Shown: piece by piece, positions 40,701 to 53,681 of the stretch
Numbering within the stretch: the stretch's first letter is position 1
Layout of the letters: every line of letters starts with the position of its first letter
From: Octopus bimaculoides
Taxonomy: Eukaryota
Reading direction: 5' to 3'
DNA: 64,000 nt
Assembly (NCBI RefSeq): GCF_001194135.2
Contig: NC_069001.1
Location: forward strand, 33,969,553 to 34,033,552
Notes under the pieces: model-generated
The model's database searches: none
Told to the model about the DNA's origin: nothing
The model's input: the letters and a program-made list of their open reading frames with translations, nothing else
Position numbers and translations under genes: made by a program

Positions 40701-41855
40701 CAAAATACCAAGAAGGGAAACTCAGTGTGGTCACTTGATAGGATGGAAATAGCAACCAAATTTCCCTAAAATTATACCTTATCACATGCAAAGAGGCAGG
40801 ACACTTTGGAAAATATATTATTTGATATAGGAAAAGATGGAGTGGTCAAGGCTGGAATGTCACTGATGATCGGTCTGATTAGTCAGAGCTCATCTGGAAG
40901 TTAGATGACCACAAAAACAAAATTAAACTATCACTTTTTAAATATACACACTTCGACTATCTTTTATATAAACAATGTTAAAGATGAAGAATTCAACACG
41001 TCTTTCATATCTCGAATGAATTGGAACCACAAATAATTAATTTAGTTAGGGTACCATCTTGTAATGTCTCTGAGGCATTATTAAGAAGCAGGTTGAGAAG
41101 AATTTATATTTATGTGTTTATTGTTATTGGTATTTAGTCTCAAGTAAGCCCTAATTGAGCAGACTTAGGGTCAATTGTGTTCCAGCTGTTACCATTTTAT
41201 TTTTGTGCACTAGGATCTGTTCCTTGCTGTGTCCCTTTATTCAAAAGAAAGTGATTTGGGTGATATTTGATGGCTATTTCCAGCACATAAAGTCTCCCTG
41301 TTGGCTCATAATGCACAGAGTGTTGGTGTGAACTAAAGAATATTACTAGGTTACATTTGTTCTATTTTACAGATTGAAATAAAATATGATGGATGGTTAG
41401 TCTCTTGTAGTCTGGGAAAGAGAATTCTCTAATTTATTGCCAAAACAACTTATACAAATGATTTGTTTATAGCAACCGAATGCATGGTACATAAGCTTAC
41501 TCTCTCTCTGTCAAATCTAGGTTACCTGAACAGAAGCACAGTCTAACATATGTCATGTGTTGAAGTAGTTGCAGGGCAAATGCAAGATAAAGTGTTTTGT
41601 TCAAAAATACAACACACCAACTGGTCCAGGAATTGAAACCACAATCTCATGATCCTGAGTGCCACTCCCTAACAACTTGGCCACATGCACTCAACTGATA
41701 TAGAATAAACCTTGGGTATAACACTTATTTTGGTCTACTGACCCAACCACCTTGTTTTGGATTCAGTCCTACTTGTGGCCTTTGAGCAAGTGTACTTCCC
41801 CATAGACTTAAGCCTTGTGAGTGAAATTGTATATGAAAACCATTGTATATGTACT

Positions 41856-41886
<31 letters not shown>

Positions 41887-41912
41887 TTATGTTTGTGTCT
41901 CCTTGTCATGCG

Positions 41913-42093
41913 ATGGTTATTTTATATTGTCTAAAATTTTATTCTAATGGTTATTCTAATATTCTAAAATTTTATTCTAATGGTTATTCTAATATTCTAA
42001 AATTTTNNNNNNNNNNTTCTAATGGTTATTCTAATATTCTAAAATTTTATTCTAATGGTTATTCTAATATTCTAAAATTTTATTCTAATGGTT
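41913..42093. repeat. 33-bp tandem repeat, about 5 units, spanning a 10-N gap
   Basis: Unit atggttattctaatattctaaaattttattcta (period 41947 to 41980). Confidence 0.95.
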
Positions 42094-42547
42094 AGAAACG
42101 AGTGATGTCTCCTACTTCCAGTCTTCTACGAAAACATGTTTCATCTTGGAAAACTATTGCCTTACCTGGAAACAGCTGGGAGTTGGCAGTTTTTATCTCA
42201 AGGATATTCTGTATCTCTTTATTAATCCTTTATGTTCAGTGTGTAACTAATTATTAAATCGACGAGACCATTAATATTTCAAAACCTTCTCAGTTTCATC
42301 ACCAGAATGGAATGATGATAGCATTGAAAATATTGTTATAACTAATAAAATCATCAGAGCTGGATTTTAAAATTATTCAATAGTTAAGCCTAAGAGTTAA
42401 TAGTATTTTTCATGTGTGCTCTATCTGTACATTGAAGTTTGGTTCATATTTTACTTAAAATTTTTTTAAAATTATTCCATTATCAGTTTTCCAAAATATT
42501 GTGGAATTCTATATGAAATTGTAATGCAATCATCTAATGTTTTTCTA

Positions 42548-42880
42548 GGTGCATGGCTCAGTGGTTAGAGCAATGGGTCGTGATCATGAGATAGTAAGTT
42601 CTATTCCTAGACTGAGCTGTGATGTGTTCTTGAGCAAGTCACTTTATTTTCATGTTGCTCCAGTTCACTCAGCTGTAGAAATGAGTCACATCGTCACTGG
42701 TACAAAACTGGATCGTCCTTTGCCTTTCCCTTGGATAACATTGGTGGCATGGAGAGGAGAGGCTGATATGCATGGGTGACTGCTGGTCTTCCATAAACAA
42801 CTTTGCCCAGACTTGTGCCACGGAGGGTAACTTTCTAGGTGCAATCCCATGGTCAATCATGACCGAAGGGGATCCTTTAC
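42548..42880 (+). mobile_element. tRNA-derived SINE family B, full length
   Basis: gtgcatggctcagtggttagagc head; ttgctccagttcactcagctgtagaaatgag body; tcatgaccgaagggg tail; copies at 47188 and 51545. Confidence 0.85.
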
Positions 42881-43388
42881 TCTGTTAAAATGAATTGCAA
42901 TGAATAAAATCAGTTGAAGATTATAGAACTAATTAAAGAGGGAGAGAGAGAGAGGGGGGGGGGAAGATTTTTAGGCAGTTTCTTTACTCATGTTTTTGTT
43001 ACTATTTAGATTAATTTTTTCTTTATTTCAGTCTTTCACATCATTTCCTGTTAGTGATTCTCTAGAGCTTCTTTTCTTATACAAGCATTTTGGATAGATA
43101 TGTTTGATCTATAGTTCTGAAAATACTGACAATTCAGATATGCAATATATGTATATCTATGTATGTATGTGTAGATGTGTGTGTGTGCACAAACGCACGT
43201 GTGTGTGTGTGTGTGTGTTTGTGTGTATGCATGTACATGTATATAATGCTGCCATTCACAATATGTCCAATTGTGCTGTATATAAATCTATCTGATTGTC
43301 TATCCACAGAAACATATATGTATATATATGTATATGTACATATTTTTGTCTAGTTTAAACATGAATAGGTACAGATACTCATGTATGT

Positions 43389-44666
43389 ATCATCATCATC
43401 ATCATCATCATCGTTTAACGTCCGCTTTCCATGCTAGCATGGGTTGGACGATTTGACTGAGGACTGGTGAAACCGGATGGCAACACCAGGCTCCAGTCTG
43501 ATTTGGCAGAGTTTCTACAGCTGGATGCCCTTCCTAACGCCAACCACTCAGAGAGTGTAGTGGGTGCTTTTACGTGTCACCCGCACGAAAACGGCCACGC
43601 TCGAAATGGTGTCTTTTATGTGCCACCCGCACAAGCCAGTCCAGGGGCACTGGCAACGATCTCGCTCGAAAATCCTACAGGAGCCAGTCAGGCGGTACTG
43701 GCAATGGCCACGCTCANNNNNNNNNNNNNNNNNNNNNNNNNNNNNNNNNNNNNNNNNNNNNNNNNNNNNNNNNNNNNNNNNNNNNNNNNNNNNNNNNNNN
43801 NNNNNNNNNNNNNNNNNNNNNNNNNNNNNNNNNNNNNNNNNNNNNNNNNNNNNNNNNNNNNNNNNNNNNNNNNNNNNNNNNNNNNNNNNNNNNNNNNNNN
43901 NNNNNNNNNNNNNNNNNNNNNNNNNNNNNNNNNNNNNNNNNNNNNNNNNNNNNNNNNNNNNNNNNNNNNNNNNNNNNNNNNNNNNNNNNNNNNNNNNNNN
44001 NNNNNNNNNNNNNNNNNNNNNNNNNNNNNNNNNNNNNNNNNNNNNNNNNNNNNNNNNNNNNNNNNNNNNNNNNNNNNNNNNNNNNNNNNNNNNNNNNNNN
44101 NNNNNNNNNNNNNNNNNNNNNNNNNNNNNNNNNNNNNNNNNNNNNNNNNNNNNNNNNNNNNNNNNNNNNNNNNNNNNNNNNNNNNNNNNNNNNNNNNNNN
44201 NNNNNNNNNNNNNNNNNNNNNNNNNNNNNNNNNNNNNNNNNNNNNNNNNNNNNNNNNNNNNNNNNNNNNNNNNNNNNNNNNNNNNNNNNNNNNNNNNNNN
44301 NNNNNNNNNNNNNNNNNNNNNNNNNNNNNNNNNNNNNNNNNNNNNNNNNNNNNNNNNNNNNNNNNNNNNNNNNNNNNNNNNNNNNNNNNNNNNNNNNNNN
44401 NNNNNNNNNNNNNNNNNNNNNNNNNNNNNNNAGTTACAGCCCATGTTTCACTGCCATGTAGCATGGTTGTTCGTACGCATGCGTCATACAGTCTGCCTTT
44501 TACTCTGAGTGAGAGTCCCTTTGTCGCCAGCAGGGGTAAGAGCTCTCTAAACTTTGCCCAGGCTATTCTTATTCTAGCAGCTACACTTTCAGCGCACCCA
44601 CCCCCACTACTAACTTGGTCGCCCAGATAGCGGAAGCTATCGACTACCTCTAGTTTTTCACCCTGG
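43389..44666 (-). mobile_element. 5'-truncated young RTE-clade LINE (RT C-terminus plus 3' UTR), interior in an N gap
   Basis: 44666-44432 reads QGEKLEVVDSFRYLGDQVSSGGGCAESVAARIRIAWAKFRELLPLLATKGLSLRVKGRLYDACVRTTMLHGSETWAVT without stops (typical FxYLG...RIxxAWxxF...LYxxxVxxxxLxGSETW of RTE); the left side ends in a (GAT)n tail. Continuity across the gap is inferred. Confidence 0.85.
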
Positions 44667-45399
44667 AATGAGATAGAAGTTGTTTCCTGTTTGTATATTT
44701 ATTTAAATGTATTCCCAAGTGCATGCCACACATACACACACACACACACACGTGTATGCATATGCATGCAACTGTATAGATGCAGTCTGTGCAGTGTGCC
44801 TTCACATGAAACATACACATGATCAAATCTACATACGGTGTGAATATGTATTTACGTATATGCATGTAAGCTCTCACAGACATGCATACACTATAAATAT
44901 TACATGCATTCATGTTTTTATGCAATTAGGGAATTTGTTATGTTCTCTTTACTATGTTAAGACCTTTCTCTTCAAGTTTGTGCCAAGAAATTGTGTAGGT
45001 TCTGTCATGAAGAGATTCTTTGGTCTGTTAGGCTCCATCTCATTGTCTTTGACTTAGCATTTCCTATTGTTGCATAGTGTCCAGTCTCATTAATACATCC
45101 AACATCCTGCCGGCATCTTGATTTTTCTGTAGCAGCTCTATTATATTTCATTTACATGAGTTTCTTCATTGAAATTCCTTCCTTTAGTTTGGTCAATGTT
45201 TTCTTTTTTTTTCTTTTCTTTTTCTTCTTCTCTCTTTTTCTTTTTCTTTTCTTTTCCCACCCTCAATAACCACCATGGATGGAATTCCTGTAATGATACC
45301 CAATTGATCTCTGTGGCTTCTCAAAACTTTACAACAGGCTATATATTTGCCCCATCATTTACTTACTCTATCAGAGCAAGTGCCAAAACGGTAAAAGCA

Positions 45400-45434
<35 letters not shown>

Positions 45435-45463
45435 ATATATAAAAGTAATACACACACACACAA

Positions 45464-45512
<49 letters not shown>

Positions 45513-45779
45513 TACATACACACAAATATGTGTCTGTATACACACACATACCAACACATAAATATGTGTATACACACTTATACACACATATATATGTGCA
45601 TACACAGGCATTTACGTGCAACAGTGGTGGCTAAGAGAGTTGAATGCAATGCTTGCTCTTTTTCATTCCCCTCCCCTCTCCTGTATGTATATATATGTGT
45701 GCACGTGAATATATATATATATATATTTATATACACACACACATTCTGTCTGCACTTACAGATGCATTAGCCCATGTCT

Positions 45780-46250
45780 TACTTTAATATGCTTGCACTT
45801 TGTGATGCATGAACACAGGCCTGCACACAGTTTAGTAACCAGCCTGCAATGGATTGCAGTCAAAAACAATAATCGCTGGTGGTAAACTTTATTGCGAAAA
45901 TTCCCTGGAAACCTAACCTTATTGCATTTAAGTTTGTGCTGGTTATACTGGACATTATCAAAGCAAAATAAATGAGTCTTTATATGTCTGGGTGTTGGAA
46001 AGTACAGATCAAAATGGATTGATTTTATCATTCATGATGGTGGTGCCCACGTTAGTTTCAATAAACAGTGTTCTTGATATTTTGTTAACAGAACTGCCTA
46101 TCCACTGTATTTTTGTGTTTAAGATGGAGTATTATACAGATGTTAGTATTGCTATGTAATGCTCATGTAAAATCAGCTTGACAATGTGTGTGTCCAGGAG
46201 CATAGAAATTACTATTACAGCTCATCTGACGAACTCTGACAATTTTTTGT
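45780..46250 (-). mobile_element. decayed LINE RT remnant
   Basis: Broken frames APGHTHCQAD (like APGPDGIPAE) and NFR..FTTSD (like GFRxGxSTxD). Confidence 0.4.
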
Positions 46251-46566
46251 TTTCAAATTTTCACGAACAGGTCTGTATGGTAGAAGATACTTGCCAAATG
46301 TATTATCTGGCAAGAATGAAAAGAGAACCACAACCATCTGGCCATGATGCACTCAAAATATAGGATGTTTTTATCTTTCCACATCTATTCACACATTTCT
46401 GGGTGTACAGATACCCACACATGCATGTATATGAAGAGTGTAAAGGTTGTTACTTTGTGTCAACTTGTAAGGGACATTATCTTCAGAGATCAGCATATAT
46501 AATATTGCCTAAACCACATGACATAAAACTATTTGTAACTCATAAACATATATATTGTGTTTATTA

Positions 46567-46606
<40 letters not shown>

Positions 46607-46802
46607 TTCGTGTTGCACTAAGAGGTGGTGCATGGTAACAGAATTTTCAACTCAAATTACTCCAAATTGTCTAAATATCTACTTTAGTAGAGTCTAGACT
46701 GGCTAGTTTGTACTGATATCAAGTTGTATAAATTGCAATAACGAAGTCAAACTAAATTGTGATATTTTGAAACCATTTAATATGTACATTTCAGGTTTGT
46801 AT

Positions 46803-46922
46803 AATATATAACAGGAAATGCATCCATTACGTAAACCTTCCTCAGTTAAAACAATTCTTCATATTTTGAGATGCTTTAACTGAGAAAGGTTTATGTAATG
46901 GACACTTCTCCTATTATATATT
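46803..46922 (-). other. 51-bp-arm inverted repeat, 18-nt loop
   Basis: Arms 46803-46853 and 46872-46922 match at 43 of 51 positions with no indels. Confidence 0.9.
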
Positions 46923-47187
46923 ATGCAAAATTGAAATGCATGCATCAAATGATTTCAAAGCATCACTATTTGTTTTAACTTCATTATTACAACTTGTGTN
47001 NNNNNNNNNNNNNNNNNNNNNNNNNNNNNNNNNNNNNNNNNNNNNNNNNNNNNNNNNNNNNNNNNNNNNNNNNNNNNNNNNNNNNNNNNNNNNNNNNNNN
47101 NNNNNNNNNNNNNNNNNNNNNNNNNNNNNNNNNNNNNNNNNNNNNNNNNNNNNNNNNNNNNNNNNNNNNNNNNNNNNNNNNNNNNNA

Positions 47188-47480
47188 ATCATGATGTAGT
47201 GAGTTCGATTCCTAGACTGAGTTGTGTGTTGTGCTCTGGAGCAAGACACTTTACTTCCTGTTGCTCCAGTTCACTCAGCTGTAGAAACGAGTTGCGACAC
47301 TATTGGTGCCAAAACTGGATTGGCCTTTGCCTTTCCCTTAGGTAACATCAGTTGTGTGGAGAGGGGAGGCTGGTATGCATGGGAAACTGCTGGTCTTCCC
47401 TAAACAATCTTGCCCAGACTTGTGCCTCGGAGGGTAACTTTCAAGGTGCAATCCCATGGTCATTCATGACTGGAGGGATG
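47188..47480 (+). mobile_element. SINE family B (5' end in gap)
   Basis: Aligns with 42580-42870. Confidence 0.85.
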
Positions 47481-49199
47481 TAAAAATGGGGGTGTGATTT
47501 GAGGGAGATTTGGTTACTATTTCTAGCAGGTCACTCAATCATTTAAAAGCTACTTCCGCTTAGCTCATATATATTGCAATGTTGGTGTGATGCAATGCAT
47601 TTAGTTTGGTATTGTACTCTTATCCTGGGCAATAAAAATGGCAAAAGTATAAAATAAATAAGGAAATATTACAGAAAATACGAACAATATACGTGTGTGT
47701 GTGTGTGTGTGTGTGTGTATTTGGTAAGAACTTAATTGAAAGCCCCAAGGCAAACCATGCAACTAGTCAATTATTCAGTCGATTGCCCTACCTACTGCAG
47801 TGCTGCCTAATTGAGCTGTCTCGGTTTATTGCTTTCATAACTAGCGCAATTCATGTGACTTCCATTTAAAGTGAAGAGATTTCATTTCTTGTTAGCAAGA
47901 AGTAACTTATGAGTGAAATACAGCTTATAAATTATTCAATTACACCTGCTTTTCTCTTTTCTGCCAGAGATCTAGTTTATTACATGAAACATGTGAATAA
48001 AAAATAGGGGAATCTGGGACTTCAAAATCCAAAACAGAAAACTTTGATAATAAAAACTTGACAGATTCAGTTTCGTTTTTGTGTATGTAGGAATTATTCA
48101 CTAAAATATAATGCACTTTATGATATATATCATGGGATAGAATTTAGGGTTACAGTTTGGGTTAAGGGATAAGGGTTAGGGTTTACAACATCTTGTTGTT
48201 ATATATCGGGTTTTAGCAAGAAAGAAGTCCACTTGTATGTTATTTTCATGAGCTGGCTGTTCCGTTGATCGGGTCAACTGGAACACTCGTCATTGTAACC
48301 AATGGAATGCTAATTTTTTAGTTTTACACACACACACACACACACACATATAATGTATACACAAGCATATGTATTCCTACACTTTTAGATTTTCTGAAGC
48401 TTGCTATTTGTTATACTGGCCAAGGCTGTACGACAGTTAAACAATCAATTAAGTGATACACATGCACACACATACACAAACACATACATACATATACATA
48501 CACACACCGCACACATGGCGAGAGAGAGAGAAGCCTGAAGGCTGGAAGTAAAGGGAAGTAAAAGAGGAGTACAGGTTAGTTGAATAAAAAAACAAGTATG
48601 AGAATATTTACAAAATGAAAAAGAAATGTCAAAGATCTTCTCACTCAGTGAAGTACTTCAGAATAAGAAACATGGCAGGGGATTGCTTCAAATAATGCAG
48701 TCTGAAATGGTTTTGCTGGTTGTCTTGTGTTAATTACTGACACACACATTACACAGAGAAAGAGAGCATGAATTTGAGACTCCCTGCTTAGTGCGTGTGT
48801 GTGTGTGTGTGTGTGCGTGTGCGTGCTTGCTTTTCTCACACTCAGCTGCAGTCTGCTGTTCCAATCCTGAATGCTTCAGTTTCTGCAAAAAAAAGATAGT
48901 TGACGAGGATGGTGCTCATTAAAAATTAAACATGTTTTTGGTAGGATACACAAGATAAATGGTCTTGTAAAGATAAGAAATGGAAAGCACAACAAAAAGA
49001 GAGGAAGCAGATATGATGCTGAATTAAGATTTGTTTTCTGGTTTAATTATTTAGCTGAGAACTGTCTTAAAAGAGGGATCATAAAAGCCAGATTGTTATG
49101 AAAATCTATTAAAATTGGAATTTCAAAAGATTTTTCTATTCTGGTTACATAGACATAAATACATTTCTTAAGTGCCTGGGACACTTCCTTGAAGGATTT

Positions 49200-49525
49200 T
49201 AGTTGAATGAACTGAGTCCTGTACTTATTATTTTCAAGCCTTACTTATTCTATCAGTCTCTTTTGCTGAACAACTAAGTTACGGAGGGGTAAACACAGCA
49301 ACATCAGATGTCAAGTACTGGTGGGGGACAAACACAAAGACACTCATAGGCATATATATGTATATACACATATATAATGGGCTTCCTTCAGTTTCTGTTT
49401 ACCAAATCCACTCACAAGGCCTTGATTGGCTTGAAGCTATAGCAGAAGGCAATGAACAAGGGCCATGCAGTGAAACTGAATCTGGAATCGTGTGCTTTGG
49501 AAGCAAACTTCTTACCACACAACCA
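49200..49525 (-). mobile_element. SINE family A, inverted
   Basis: gggcttccttcagtttctgtttaccaaatccactcacaagg...cttcttaccacacaaccac is the reverse complement of the head. Confidence 0.75.
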
Positions 49526-50929
49526 CACCTGCATCTCTCTCTCATGTATTATANNNNNNNNNNATACACACACACACACACACACATAATTGCTGAAAAC
49601 TGAAACTTCATCAAATGCAGCTGTAAGTTTCACATAATATTGACACCAACGCAAAAAAGAGAAAAATAAAATAAATGAATAAAAGAAATACAAAAAATCA
49701 AATGATCTTAAATTTTTGACAAAAATAATAAATGAATAAAACTGTTAATTATTCATATTGACATAGAAAGCCACACAGCAATATTCTACAAGGCAGTTTG
49801 AGGTTTCCTTGGCATTTTGGAATAGTTCACTGAAAAATTCTGATTTGTCATGATAAAAATTTTTAAAGTGCACACTAACAAAAGAAACGTTTGATTTATT
49901 TGGAAAGAAAATTATGATATGAGGCTGTCTAATGTTCAAGCATTAGGCACTTTAAAATATCTCAGCAAATATTTTGATTTATGGCACCAAAAAGATATTG
50001 GTTCTGAACTGGTGTTCATGTCTGAAGGTCTATGGAACAAAATATTAATGTTTTCAGCATGGCAAAGATCACAACCATTGTTACCTTAGTTATAAGGTTT
50101 GACTCCTTTTTTTTTTAATACCTTTAAAATGATTTTACAGTTTATTATATTGCTTCTTAAAAACAAAACTAGGTGTACTTTCGACAAAGTTGTTGTTCTT
50201 TCNNNNNNNNNNNNNNNNNNNNNNNNNNNNNNNNNNNNNNNNNNNNNNNNNNNNNNNNNNNNNNNNNNNNNNNNNNNNNNNNNNNNNNNNNNNNNNNNNN
50301 NNNNNNNNNNNNNNNNNNNNNNNNNNNNNNNNNNNNNNNNNNNNNNNNNNNNNNNNNNNNNNNNNNNNNNNNNNNNNNNNNNNNNNNNNNNNNNNNNNNN
50401 NNNNNNNNNNNNNNNNNNNNNNNNNNNNNNNNNNNNNNNNNNNNNNNNNNNNNNNNNNNNNNNNNNNNNNNNNNNNNNNNNNNNNNNNNNNNNNNNNNNN
50501 NNNNNNNNNNNNNNNNNNNNNNNNNNNNNNNNNNNNNNNNNNNNNNNNNNNNNNNNNNNNNNNNNNNNNNNNNNNNCTTACACACACTTCTTGTTTTGAC
50601 ACCACACTTCCTGCTTAACACAAACTTTTAGCCTCTTTTCTCTTTTTTTAAACCTAACACAATTCACAATTCTCATGCATCCTTATTTTTCCAACCATTA
50701 TATACATGGACTACCATTGAACTTCAAAAGTTCAAAGAGAATATAATGTATTGGTATAGTTATTTTTTATATATTATTTTTTTTATATATTATTTTCTTC
50801 ATTTTGTACTTCTTTGTAAAAAACATTTTCATTCTCCCTCTTCTTGAAAATTTGCTTCACAATGAAAGCCGATTAGAAATCTTTATTAAAACATGCTTCC
50901 AATTTAGCATTCTGCCTAATTCTTCATTT

Positions 50930-50966
<37 letters not shown>

Positions 50967-51544
50967 CACACATACATGAATATAATTTTTCAAGACAGCG
51001 AGACTCCAGGCTAGGTAATATTTCCCCATGACTAGACATGTTTCTGCAGAATATTGGAAATAAATGGCCCTAATTTAAAAGAATCGTGTGAAACCAAGTC
51101 AAGGAGACAGAAACATATTTACACACACACACACATATACATTACATGTATAAATATATGACAGGCTTTTTTCAGTTTCCATTTACCAACTCCTCTCATA
51201 AGGCTTTGGTCACCTGGATGTTTAGTAGAAGACACTTGCTCTTCATAATGAATTAGTGTGTGACAGAGTATTCTACAGACATTTTTAGTTTTACTGTAAT
51301 CCTCCAGCAGAATTAGCAGGATACTATGTCTAATAAAGCTGGACCTTTGAATTATATGTAACATCCATCTGACAAACTTCTCCACAGTTCATGTCCATTT
51401 TCACTTACAAGGCCCGGATTGACCTGAGCTTGTGTTAAGACATTTGCCTCAGACACATTACAGTAGAACCAAATCAGACACCTGATGATTGTGAAGCAAA
51501 CTTAACTTTTCAACTAGGTATAAACATATGCATAGATACAAAAG

Positions 51545-51875
51545 GTGTATGGTTCAGTGGTTATGAGGGCTCACAGTTATGAGGTAGTGAGTTCAATTCT
51601 TGGACCGGGCTTTGTGTTGTGTTCTTGAGCAAGACACTTTATTTCACATTGCTCCAGTTCACTCAGCTGTAGAAATGAGTTGCGACATCACTGGTGCCAA
51701 GCTGTATCGGCCCCTTTGCCTTTCCATTGGATAACATCAGTGGCTTGGAGAGGGGAGGCTGGTATGCATGGGTGACTACTGGTTTTCCATAAACAACCTT
51801 ACCTGGATTTGTGCCTTGGAGGGTAACTTTCTAGGTGCAATCCCATGGTCATTCATGACCGAAGGGGGTCTTTAC
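51545..51875 (+). mobile_element. SINE family B, full length
   Basis: Aligns with 42548-42880. Confidence 0.85.
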
Positions 51876-53614
51876 GCTTTTAGATACAAAATATCAGAGC
51901 AAAATCTAATTGCTCCAATCCGACAAGGTAATTGTCTCAACTGTATCCTCTCCATCTCCTCCAAATAGTGAATGATAAAGCAAACCTCTATTCTCACCCC
52001 CCCCCCNNNNNNNNNNNNNNNNNNNNNNNNNNNNNNNNNNNTACTCCTCTCTCTCTCTCTTTAGGGATCTATACTAATTTTTCAGTATACACACTTCAGT
52101 GCATCTTGTCACTGAAAACAGCAACAATCTGACCCAGCCAACTAAGTACAGAATGTCATATAATACATTCGAAGTGGGACAGAGATTAATTAATCAGGAA
52201 CGAAGAATTTAGTATCTTAACCGCTCAGTTATTAGCTAAATGTCTGTCAATGTTTTGTTTGTTAGTATTGATGTTTGGAATAAGTGCTGTCTACACATGC
52301 AAATCACTGGAAGTAGTCAGAGACAAAACAATACAATTCCGAAATCAATCTTGCAGTTTAATTTCCAATAACCATTCCACAAAAATAATTACAAGTAAAT
52401 AAAAGGAGGATTATCTTCCCAACCCTGAAATTCTAATTAACAAAATTACTTCAGTGACTCAAGTTGCTAATGATTATCTAAATGTTTCCATTGTTGCTGT
52501 TTGACAATTGTTCATCTTAAATTTTAATTAGTGCGTGAATCATCTTGTATTCAAAGGTCTAGATGAAGTTCGGTGTGTGTGTGTGTGTGTGTGCATGTGT
52601 GCATGTATGTGTGTGCATGCATGTGTGTACACGTGTGTATGTGTATGTATGTATGTGTATGTGCATATATGTGCGTGTGTGTGTGTGCATGTGTGTGTAC
52701 ATGCTTTTGTAAATTTCTATAATGTGAGTACTTTCATGCATTCGTTCAAATTTTCAGTCACACTTGAACACACTGTCCTCTTCTCATATTTGTATGAATA
52801 GGTATACAAATGTTCTTCTGAGCATAGATAAGCGTATTGGGATGCATGTTCATATGAACATCTATACAAGACGTACATTAAAAACTTTTTCATATGTATT
52901 TTGTGGTGTTTAATATGGTCGAAATATGTGGGCTTGAAGAACTTTTAATGGGAAAAATTGGAATAGGTCAAAGTGTGGGAGAGATGTAAAAGTTTAAAAG
53001 AAAAAAGTTTCTTAATATGGACTTTTGAAAACTATATTTCCAACTTCAAAAAGAATCACTCCATTCAACTTATCAAACCCAGAAAAAACTGACAGTGGTA
53101 ATATTAATAAAAACACACAAGCTAGAATAATTTCAAAACCTTAAACTAGTATCACCATTACAATTATTCGACAGAGCATATAAACAGTTGATTAAAATAA
53201 AATTTACAGAAAACAATTAAGAAGAAAAAAAAAAATGATAATTAAACAAACATAAATTATAAGCAAACAAGGAAATAATTTATCCAATAGCTTTTTGAAT
53301 CAACTGTTAATTGAATTATGGTAACTATTAAAATAGTTTCTTTCTTTAAAAGTGTTAGATTGTTGTGTTTTACATAAATCTCTCTTCTTTTTTTGAAATG
53401 CAACAAACGATTGATTGAAGTGCTAAAAAATTGTGCAAAGCATCTTAAAAGGCTCACTGAATCATTTCAAGAGTACACTGATGTAGTTGATTATTTCATT
53501 TATGTGCAGTTTTCCATAATGTTAGATTATAATGCCTTTCTGAAATTTGGTTGAACTGTTAATGTCTTTTGTACAGTAGTATACAGTACCACATTCAAAT
53601 ATTGATTCAGTTAC

Positions 53615-53681
53615 CTGCAATTTTGAACCTGCTCGGATAAAGGACATAAAAGCATTAATATACACTACGTTGGTTTTCTTA
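53615..53681 (-). CDS. candidate 67-nt exon KKTNVVYINAFMSFIRAGSKLQ, unknown gene
   Basis: gaaatttatgtttacag| ... CAG|gtaact; one open frame; phase 2-0. Confidence 0.3.

Noticed and set aside
41913-42093. CRISPR-like array
   Set aside because: No unique spacers; eukaryotic context.
46271-46347. Plus-strand terminal exon GLYGRRYLPNVLSGKNEKRTTTIWP*
   Set aside because: Abuts a minus-strand LINE remnant; the acceptor is probably the complement of A-rich LINE sequence.
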